64,000 bases of DNA from Mobula hypostoma (lineage: Eukaryota). Below are positions 53,546 to 64,000 of the stretch, piece after piece; position 1 is the stretch's first letter, and each line of letters begins with the position of its first letter. The notes under the pieces were generated by a model. It ran no database searches. It was not told the DNA's origin and saw only the letters and a program-made list of their open reading frames with translations. Made by a program: the position numbers and the translations under genes. The DNA is taken from NCBI RefSeq assembly GCF_963921235.1, contig NC_086108.1:46068001-46132000 (forward strand), given 5' to 3'.

Positions 53546-54944
53546 CACTTCCTTTTAGGAATGGCATTCCTGGGAAAATGAACAGGACTGCGGGCAGAGG
53601 GGAGACAAGAAGCAAGACCTACACAAAGCTCTCAGGGAGTTTTCTTATCTGATCCTCAGCAGGAAACAATAAGTGGGATGTCTATGTAGCGAAAGGGCAT
53701 GTTTGCCAGAATTTGCCACTTGTAGCCGTCACAGCAATCCAGACCAAAATAGAGGGATGACTTTCCAGAGGCTGTCAAGATGAACACGTGTCTGCCCTTG
53801 GCTCCTTTTGAGTTGGAATTGAGAGACATCTGCAGCATCACACTGATAGGTTACTGCTTAAAGCAAACCACCATAGTTCCTACTGGAAACACTCGGCAGG
53901 TTATCTATGTAAAAGACAGAGTTAATGTTTCAAGTTGAAGTCCTTTCATCAGGAGAGACTAAATATTTCTCCCTGAACAAGTGTTGCCTGACCCAATCAC
54001 TTCCTGCATTTTTAGGTCTCAGCCTGAAACGTCATCCATCCAGTTGCCTCTGTAGATGCTGCCTGACCTGCTGTGTTCTACTAGCATGTTACGTGTGTTG
54101 CTTCAGACTTCCAGCCTCTGGGTTTCCTTTCTTCATTTCAGACTTCCAATAACTGCAGTATTTTTCATTTCCTTCCATCCTGAGACAGGATGGTGGTGTG
54201 GTGTTGAAATATGGGAATTTATGGAACAATTCTGGAGATTGGTGTTAAAGATACTTTCTTACTTTCTCCTTTAAAGATACTTTCCACATGGAGCCAAATG
54301 GTGTGGCACCACAGATGGAGAAAGACAAGCTACATGAAAGCTTGAGTCGGTGTTCTGGTACAAACAGCCCTTGGCTCAATATGTTACGATTAGACACTTT
54401 TAACAGACTATCATCACTTAGACTATATAGGCAGATGAATTCACACGCTCTTGTGGTTGGGAAGGAAAATTAAATAAAAATAGAAAATGTTGGAAACACT
54501 CAGGGGGCTGGACAGCATCTGTGGAAAGAGAAATAGTTAAAACATCCTGAAGCTTCATCAGAGCAGCAAGTTAGGAATGTTGTTGCTCGCTTCTACTGTC
54601 TGCATGCTGTGGTTTTTCCCATTCCTCTGTGCATAAGGTGTTGGTCTTTTTAATTGTTTGTTTAATTTGGTTCTTTCAGATTTCTTACTGTGTGACTGCT
54701 TGTAAACAAACTTATCTCAAGGTTGTGTAATATATACATTTTTTTGATAATAAATATATTTTGAACTTTGAATTGGTCAAACATTGCTTGCTGTCCACAG
54801 ACTGCAGGTCAGTAACATGATAATCTATTAAGTATGGTCACCCAACTCTGCAAAATGTTCAATAAATTGACTCCAATATTAGTGTTTCATCAGGTTTTAA
54901 GCACTACTTAAAAGGAGCAAAGTATCAATTTTGGAATCTTCTTT

Positions 54945-55200
54945 GAGTTCAATTCCTGCTTCTCTCTGTAAGGAACTTTTACGTTCTCCCTGTGGCCGTG
55001 TGGGTTTCCTCCTTGTGCTCCAGTTTCCTCCCACATTCCAGAGATGTATGGTTAGGGTTAGCTAGTTGTGAGTGTGCTATGTCAGTGCCAGAAGCAAGGT
55101 GACACTTGCACATCTTGGACAGTGCTGGTCATTGACATAAACAACAAATTTCACTGTATGTTTCGATGTTTATGGGACAAATAAAGCTAAGATTAATCTT
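54945..55200 (+). mobile_element. V-SINE
   Basis: gagttcaattcc B-box and V domain gttctccctgtggccgtgtgggtttcctcc..gtgctccagtttcctcccacattcca. Confidence 0.8.
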
Positions 55201-55831
55201 ATAAATTTGCCATCTTGAGATAAACTGCTTTGTCATAGCTTCCCTTTGTTCTGTATATGGGTTCTTCATACCTCTTTTATATGAATTGATTCCTGAACAA
55301 TTCGTACCTAGTCTCTGATTTATCTTAACCCTTCTCCATTCAATGTTTTGACTCATACTTCAGAGCTTTGCTCTGAAAACCCAAACCACCTCCCCACCCA
55401 AGTTCTTCACCCCGTGCTGAAGAACGGTCACTGACTCGAAATGGTAACTGGTGTCTCTTTCCACAGGTGCTGCTTGACTTGCTGAGTTCCTTCAGTAATT
55501 CCATTTCTGTGTCGGATTCCTGCAACTGCGATTTTATTTGTTTTCCCAACTCATGCTACCCCACCACCGCAGCTGGTAAAACTGGCAAGTCTGTCCACAT
55601 TCACAATCAACACTATTTAAATATGACATCAAGTTTGGGTTATTGAACACATAGATCAATGTGAAAAGGTTAATGTTGTCGTCAACACCACCTCTAGTTG
55701 CAATGTTTTTACCTTTACTATTGCAATCTGTGAAAAGACCATCAGCAAATTGACCCATATTTCTGGCAATTTCAAAGTAGCCTTGAAGTAAAAAATCCAG
55801 GAGTTCTTTATTACATATTGTGACTTTATTA

Positions 55832-56195
55832 ATCATCATGTGCCCTGTTGTATAACTGGTCGATCATGGTCTTGGCCATGATTGTTCTTGGCAAATCTTA
55901 CTACAGCAGTGGTTCACCATTGCCTTCTTCTGGGCAGTGTTTTTACAAGACAGGTGACCACAGTCATTATCAATACACTACAGAGACTGACTGCCTGGCG
56001 TCAGTAGCTGCATAACCAGGACGCGGTATGCACTAGCTGCTCATACGACCATCTACCACCTGTTTCCATGGCTTCATGTCACCCTGATGGGCGGGGTGGG
56101 GTGCTACACCTTGCCCAAGGGTAACCTGTAGGCTAGCGGAGGAAAGGAATGCCATATACCTTCTTTGGTAAAGACATATCTCCACCCAACACCCT
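55832..56195 (-). mobile_element. RTE-tailed SINE-like repeat
   Basis: (ATC)n end and gtggttcaccattgccttcttc, which resembles RTE/BovB-type 3' tails. Confidence 0.5.
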
Positions 56196-57809
56196 TTCAT
56201 TATATATGTAACTTCATTACATTCAGTGAGTGTTTTTAATAGTTTACTCAGTTATATTTACTGCTTTGCCTTTCTTCTGCTAATCCTAAAAAATAGTACA
56301 TGGATTGAAATTTTTGAGAACACAAAACTAGGAGTATAAGTATCTCTACCATCTAATAAATTCATGTCATTTGACTGAAAATTCCTCTGTAAAAAATATG
56401 AGGTGCTCTCAGTATTTCATCTCCCCAAGTTACCAGTGAATAATTAAGAGTATTTATTTCCTAGTGCATTTCTAGATAAGTGAAAAATTTCACAATGTTT
56501 CAGCCTTGTGCTTTCAGCTTATTACCATCAGTAAAAGTCCACAGCACCAGAAAAATCTACAAACCTCACAGCACTTGAAAGTTTATTCTAAAGGTATTCC
56601 TCTCATGGCTCTGGAATCAAGAGACTTTTTTCTTCATCGTAACTAAATCAGAATCCTTCACTTATAGATAAACCTATTCCTTCACTATGTTCTCCTATTT
56701 ATCTACTAGTCAACCTATTACTGAGCCTGACATTATTTCCAATCCTTAAACAGAGCCAACCAGTATATCAGAACAAACAGCTATTTTCCAGCCTTATTCC
56801 CACATTTCCTGATTCCATAGTATTTGTTAATCTATTCTGAACAAACACAGTAACTGAGCATCCATAGCCTTCTCGGTAGAGACGTCCAAAGATTCACCAC
56901 TCTTTGTGTGAGGAGATTTCTCATCTCTGTCCTAAATGGTTTCTCTCCTTTTTGGAGACTCCAACCCTTTGTTTAGCCAAGAGAAAACGTCGTCCTTCCT
57001 GTATTCGACCTGTTGAGCCCTGTCACAGTTTTCAGTAAGATCTCTCATTTTACTAAACTTCAAAGAAGACTTTGTTCACTCAGTCGCTCCTCATTTCAAA
57101 AACTAAACATCCATTCGACTGATTTATTAATTATGTATTTGGGAATACTTTGAAAGCTCGCATTCATGCAATGAGAAAAAAACCCTAAAAACAAAGAGAT
57201 TATATTCAATCACTCTTTCAAAGCTAATTAGTCTATGCACTGACCAGGAGAGCAGATGGAGCTGTAGAATCAGCTCCTGTGAATCCTCTCTCGCCCTCCA
57301 ACCATGTCAGCAGTGCTGAAGAAACTGGGGAGAATGGAATCAGTGTGGATCTGTGATACATAGCTTACCACATAGTGACCCATGCTGAAGGGTGCATGGG
57401 TCATGTGAAGCTGTGGTGCCCTTTATTATCACTAGACTTGCAATGTGACTCATAGCCACTGGGTCAGTTGATGCCTCTGCAGAGAAGTCTCCCTTTATAG
57501 AGTCAACCTCTGGATAGCAGTGAAAAAACTTTTATTGGAGGAGATACAATGAGGGTAAATGATCAACTGAAATTAACTACGGTTTGTTTAACAGTTCAAC
57601 AACCTTCTTTCCATCCTTGATCTCACCTTTCAGATAAAGTCTCTCAGCCTGTTTTCACAGATAACTTATCAACTCTGCTTGCACTAGACATCAGTGCTGT
57701 CATTCACTCTTCACAGGCAATGCCTGTTCTCCTTTCAATCCTACTTCCTACTGTGTCCAACCCTGAAACAATTTTCTTCTATTTCGTTGACGAAAGCACT
57801 TCCAAAATC

Positions 57810-58610
57810 TCACCACAGTCTGTGTGGACTGGTGATAACATATCCTACTCGTTAACAATCAACACTGGCGCACCTCAGAGGTGTGTGCTTAGCCCACTGC
57901 TATACTCTCTACATACACATGACTGTGTGGCTAGGTATAGCTCAAATGCCATCTATAAATTTGCTGATGATACAACCATTGTTGGTAGAATCTCAGGTGG
58001 TGACAAGAGGGCGTACAGGAGTGAGATATGCCAACTAGCGGAATGGCATATCCCACAGCAACAACCTGGCACTCAACATCAGTAAGACGAAAGAGCTGAT
58101 TGTGGACTTCAGGAAGCGTAAGATGAAGGAACACATACCAATCCTCATAGAAGGATCATAAGTGGAGAGAGTGAGCAGTTTCAAGTTCCTGGGTGTCAAG
58201 ATCTCTGAGGATCTAACCTGGTCCCAACATATCGATGTAGTTATAAAGAAGGCAATACAGTGGCTGTACTTCATTAGGCGTTTGAAGAGATTTGGCATGT
58301 CAACAAATACACTCAAAAACTTCTATAGTTGTACTGGGAACAGCTTCTTCCCCTCTGCTATCCGATTCCTAAATAGACATTGAAGCTTTGGACATGACCT
58401 CACTTTTTTTAATATACAGTGTTTCTGTTTTTGCATGCTTTTTTAATCTATTCAATATATGTAATTGATTTACTTGCTTATTTATTGTTTTGTTTTATTT
58501 ATTTATGTATTTATTTTTCTCTCCGCTTGATTATGTATTGCATTGAACTGCCGCTGCTAAGTTAACAAATTTCATGTCACATGCCTGTGATAATGAACCT
58601 GATTCTGATT
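57810..58610 (+). mobile_element. Rex1-like LINE 3' fragment (internally deleted), same family as 33.1-34.0 kb
   Basis: TINTGAPQRCVLSPLLYSLHTHDC...KFADDTTIVG and ERVSSFKFLGVKISEDLTWS. Confidence 0.88.
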
Positions 58611-59159
58611 TGGTTACCACTTAGTCCAACTTTCCCCATAGCTGCTCATCTGTGCCGTCTCACACATCCTGATCATCCTTTTGGAATAGATTCCATCTGC
58701 ATTCCTACACATCAGGAGTGATGACTTGAAATCAAACTGTGGTTCTTCATGGGGGATGAGTTCTGGCTCCCAGAGCTCATCGTTTAGCCGTCTGTTGATA
58801 CCCCCAGGAAGGTGCTTGGAAGATGAACACCTTCAGGGTGTGGCTCTGCAGCCCGCTGGACAAACTGATTCCATGCCAGTGTCGCCGAATGAGACATCAC
58901 AAAAGCAAATGTGGCTGTCGGAGGTCTCTGCACTTGGGCAATTGCACTCCCTCACTCTTTCCCTCAATGGTGGGGAAGAGTTTGTGCCATTTCTTGAGTC
59001 AGAGAAACTCAGAATAAAAGCAACACGGTAGGCTGTAATATCGTCAGCGTGAGCCCTTTGTTATTGATCCCCTCTCTTGCTGTGGAAGGGGGCAACATCT
59101 TTCTGGTGAGAGCGAGAGAGCGAGAGAGTGAGAGAGCGACAAAAAAGGGGGGGGGGGGA

Positions 59160-62152
59160 AAGAGAGGATGAAATAAAGATAAGCTAGCCAATAATATCAA
59201 AGAGAACACCAAGAAAGGATTTTTCAGATATATAAAGGGTAAAAGAGAGCCAGGAGTGGATATTGGATTGCTGGAAAATGATGCTGGAGATGTAGTCATT
59301 GGGGACAATAAAACAGCGTATGAACCAAAGTATTTTGAATCAGTCTTCACTGTGGAAGGCACTCGTAGTATGCTAGAAATTCAAGAGTGTCAGATGGCAG
59401 AATTGAGTGTAGTTGCTACTACTAAAGTGATGGTGCTTTGGAAACTGAAAGGACTGAAGGCAGAGAAGTCACCTGGACCAGATGGACTACACTTCAGGTT
59501 CTGAAAGAGGTAGCTGAAGAGATTATGGAGGCATTAATAGTGATCTTTCAAGAACCACGAGATACTGGAAAATTGCTAATGTCACTCCACTCTAAGAAAG
59601 GAAGGAAGCAGAAGGAAGGAAATTATAGGCCAGTCAGCCTGACTTCAGTGGTTGGGAAAATGTTCGAGTCCATTATTAAGGATGAGGTTTCAAGGTATTT
59701 GGAGGTGCATGATAAAGTAGGCCAAAGTCAACATGGCTTCCTTAAGGGGAAATCTTGCCTGACAAATCTGTTGGAATTCTTTAAGGAAATACCAGTCAGG
59801 ATAGACAAAGGAGAGTCAATGGATATTGTTTATTTGGATTTTCAGAAGGCCTTTAACAAGGTGCTGCATATGAGGCTGCTTGACAAGATAAGAGTCCACA
59901 GTATTATTGGAAAGGTACCAGCATGGATAGAAGATTGGCTGACTGTCACTCAAAACAAATGGGGCCTATGGTTGGCTGCTGGTGACTAGTGGTGTTCCAC
60001 AGGAGTCAGCATTGGGACCACTTCTTTTCACATTATGTATCAATGTGAAATGATACATTGATACATGTATTAATGGTTGATGGAATTAATGGCTTAGTGG
60101 CCAAGTTTGCAGATGATACAAAGATAAGTGGTGGGGGGGGGGCCAGGTAGTGTTGCAGCAGCAGAGAGGCTGCAGAAGGACTTAGATAGACTGAGCAGAT
60201 GAGTGAAGAAGTGACAGATGGGATATGGCGTATGGTCATGCACTTTGGTAGAAGGAATAAAGGCGAAGACTGTTTTCTAAATGGCGAGAAAGTTCAAAAA
60301 TCAGAGGTAAAAGGGGCTTGGGAGTCATAGAAACATAGAAAACCTACAGCACAATACAGGCCCTTTGGCCTATGAAGTTGTGCCGAACATGTCCTTACCT
60401 GAGAAATTACCTAGGGTTGCCCATAGCCCTCTATTTTTCTGAGCTTCATATACCTGTCCGGGAGTCTCTTAAAAGATCCTATCGTATCCGCCTTCACCAC
60501 TGTCGCCAGCAGCCCACTCCACGCACTTACCAGTCTCTGTGTAAAAAACTCATCCCTGATATCTCCTAGTATTCTTGTGCAGGATTTCCTAAAGTTTAAT
60601 TTGCAGGTTGAGATGGTGGTAAGGAAGGTTAATGCAATGTTAGCATTCATTTCGAGAGGACTAGAATATCTGGAGGCCCTCTGTTGGTCAGGGTTCACCA
60701 TGGATGCCGTGTTCCAGCTGCAGAATGATGTGGAGAGCAGGCTGTTACCTATGTAGCAGCTTTCCCCTCTCCACGCAGCTGATGAATCCAAAGGAATGGC
60801 AGAGACTGATATGGTTTGATACCAGCAGCGTCGCCATTCAGTGTTGAACAACGTAGGGCTGCGTTAGGGACTCCAGCTCTGGATTTTTCCCTCAGGATCT
60901 ACTCCCAAACCCTTCTCCATGAGTGGATATAGCCACAAGGCAGCGGAGCTTTGATTTCAGAGTTTTCCTTCTCCTAGGTGAGCTGCCAACGACAGCTGAC
61001 ATCTGCTCGAAGCGACTGGCTTTAAGGTGCCAGTAACCCACTCTTGCCCCTTCTCCTGTCAGTAGAAACAGCTCTGGCAGGCTTAGCAGGCCAGGAGCTG
61101 AACTTGGTTTTCAGAAGCTATTTGAGACTCACACCATGGGAGCATTTACTAGAATATAAGAGCAAGATACAATGCTGAAGCTAATAAGGCATTGGTCAGA
61201 CCACACTTGGAGTCAGCTCTTAGGGCTTGTGCGGGAAGCTGGAGAGCATTGGGCTCTGGGTTTTTTAGAGCTCCTGAATTGGTTACTTGTTGTTTAATGA
61301 CAGTTTTAATTGTTTAGAATTCCTTATGTGTTTTCTTAAGTGACTCACTCTTTGTAATGCAGTCTCCTGGTGCTTTCTGTTTAAACTCGTTAAGTTTATT
61401 TTGATAGGCTCCGGGATTCCATATTACTTGTATTATTTAAGTGGATACCCAAATAGTGCTAATCATGGGGTTCTAGTTTTGAGAATGTTATGTCTTGTGG
61501 AGTCGCTCAATCAAGTCACTGATGTTCTGTTGGAATTATGAGTTGCCGTCTCTACAATAAAATCTGTCTTTCCTCCACACTTCGGTTCCAACGTTGCCAG
61601 CGCACATCATGACATTAGGAACAGTTTGAGCCTCCAATCTGAGAAAAGATGTGTTGTCATTGGAGAGGGTCCAGATGTGGTCCACAAGAATGATTCTGTG
61701 AAAGAAAGGGTTAAAGTATGAGGAGCTTTTGATGGCTCTGGGCCTATACTCACTGGAGTTTAGAAGGATCGGGGGTGGTCTCATTGAAATCTATTGAATA
61801 TTGAAAGGCCTAGACAGAGTGGACATGGAGAGCATGTTTCCTATAGTGGGTAAGTCTAAGACTAGAGGGCACAGACTCCAAATAGAAGGACATCCATTTA
61901 AAACAGAGATGAGAAGGAATTTCTTGAGCCAGAGGGTGTCGAATAGGTGGAATTCATTGCCAAAGATGGCTGTGGAGGTCAAGTGACTGGGTATATTTAA
62001 AGCCGAGGTTGGTAGGTTTGTCGGGGCATCAAAGGTTGTGGGGAGGAGGCAGAAGAATGGGGTTGAAGGGAATAATAGATCAGCCATGATGGAATAGCAA
62101 AGTAGATTTGATGGGCCCAGTGGCCTAATTCTGCTCCTATGTCTTATGGTCC
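59160..62152 (+). mobile_element. Decayed CR1 LINE with nested antisense CR1 tail (about 60327-60567) and repeat at 60680-61140
   Basis: NYRPVSLTSVVGK...QHGFLKGKSCLTNLLEFF...DIVYLDFQKAFNKV, and MFPIVGKSKTRGH at the C-terminus. Confidence 0.9.
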
Positions 62153-64000
62153 TGGCCCATCTCCGTTATGTACCCAATAGCTGAACACACCAATTCCCTT
62201 CCTGACCCCCACATTAGCTGACGTTGCTGCTGTTTCACTCATCTCAGGTGCTTCTGATTTCCTTCAGATTTGCCACCATCTCCCTCTTTTTCAAAAAAAC
62301 CAACACCCTTGACCATGCTTGATTGGTCATCTGCCCTAATACTGCATGATGTGGACAATGTCAGTAAACAAAAATATCCTAAGGAAAGTTAAAGTATAAG
62401 TTGCATTCCTTCCACCTGATCCACAGATGTAAACGGGGACTCATTGAACAACGGTGATTTTTTTGTACTGCAGATGGAAACAAACAGCTGCCTTGCAAAG
62501 TGACAGATGATTAAACAAAGAACAGTATGAACTACTTAACCTACTCTACAATCAATCTAACCTTTCCCTCCTACATAACCCAAAACACTCCTCTCTTTCG
62601 TCCATGGGTCTATCCAAGAATCTCTTAAATATCAGGCGCTACGACAACACAGGCAGTGCACCCCAGGCATCCACCACTCTGAGTAAAAGAAGAGCCTCAC
62701 CAATATCTCCCCTAACTTTTGGCCACTCAGCTGAGATGACCTCTGGTATCAGCCACTACCACCCTGGGAAAATGGGACTGGCTGTATCTGTCTGTGCCTC
62801 TTATAAATACTGGCCATGTAATGGAAGGAGAAAGATGGAGTGCAAGGTGATTGTCAGTCACCACTTCATGCGATGACTGATGGGGTATTCTGTCACGAAG
62901 AACGTGCGGTTACCACTTTGGTTGCAAAACCAGCGTATGACTTAAACTGTGTGAGATGACTAACTCTGCAAAATCTGAGTGAACTTAACTAAGCAGAGAA
63001 AGATAGCTGGAGTAGTGAGCAATTAGGAAGGCAAATAAATTGTCATAAAGGGAATGGAGCCTGTAGCTTTGTTACCACTGAACACAAGTCTTGAGAAAGC
63101 ATTGATAGCATTTAGTGTACAGTTTTGATTTTCTGATTTTGCAAGCAGCCACCACTTGCCTTGGAAGGTGTTTCTGCAAAAGTTCGTTAAATAGATTCTT
63201 GGGAAAAGATTCTTGGATATCCTTTTGAAGAACTAGAGTAGAATGAATAATTTCAGTGGTTTAAAAGAATGAGAGGTGATCACACTAAATCATGAGAAAC
63301 CAAAAGGATGTGACAGAGTGGATGGCATACCCCCTGGTGGCAGATGTCTAGAAGAAATGGAGGATCATGAATCTTTGGAATTCTTCACTTCCATGGAAGA
63401 TTATGATTTAACTATAAAATTATATTACAACTATAGCTATATATGAACTAATATATTATATTCTAACTATAAAAGGACCTGCAGTGCTATGACGCAAGTG
63501 CTGGAAGGTGAGATTAGATTAAGTGGCTGCTGTTTTGACCAGGATGAATGTGATAGATGAAGTAATCCTTTCAGCGTTGTACCTTTCCATTAGATTCCAC
63601 AACGTTTAATTCAGTTCTGTTATAACCTTATTGAATGGTGGAGTAAAATCTCAATTTTTATGTCTGTTTGATATTAATTCTGCATTTAAATTGTGTGTCA
63701 AATGGTTGCTTTGATGCATCTAGTGTGGTTGTAGAAGAATTGAGTACTGGATTCAGTTCGCCATTGGTAACATCAAATAGTGGGAAAGGTTTCAGAGATC
63801 AGATGGTCAACCCTGCTCTATTTTATTGTGTTTTATTGTCTCACCATCACTGGTGAAGAGCAGGTCCACCTTCATGTTGAGGTCAGAAAGTAGGCACTTG
63901 TAGCCAAATTCGCAATCAGATTGTTGCATGTAAATGAAAAATCATCCAAATTTCTACCACATCCCTGAATTAAATATGTAATCAAAGCAAGTGCGTGCCA

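Noticed and set aside
46758..64000. Upstream non-coding exon or promoter of the KANK gene
   Set aside because: The acceptor before the ATG exon implies an upstream exon, but I found no CpG island or convincing exon. It may lie outside the window.

Overview
Eukaryotic, repeat-rich vertebrate DNA, most likely from a cartilaginous fish (ray/skate/shark; inferred from the CR1/HER1-type LINE, V-SINE and Penelope repeat mix). One host gene spans the window on the minus strand: a KANK-family gene, best matching KANK4. I could assemble its complete CDS by hand from 10 GT-AG exons with consistent phases (ATG at 46709, TGA at 1418-1420; 3417 nt, 1138 aa, or 1105 aa without a symmetric 99-nt exon). The protein has the KN motif, coiled coils and C-terminal ankyrin repeats. 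The introns hold decayed CR1, Rex1-like and RTE LINEs, tRNA-derived SINEs, Tc1 and Tigger DNA-transposon remnants, a chromodomain-bearing Ty3/Gypsy remnant with its 3' LTR, and many Penelope-like element (PLE) pieces. The most interesting non-genic signals are: (1) PLE termini carrying minimal type-I hammerhead-ribozyme cores (CUGAnGA-stem II-GAAAC-GUH), mostly as inverted pairs; four of these PLE insertions have 13-14 bp target-site duplications (TSDs); (2) an RTE insertion with a twin-priming-type 5' inversion; (3) a 19-nt RTE tail insertion with a 28-bp duplication; (4) a 28S rRNA 3'-region fragment; (5) a complete SINE whose tail resembles invertebrate SINEs. No prokaryotic features or CRISPR arrays were seen. 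All family assignments come from motif recognition, not database searches.
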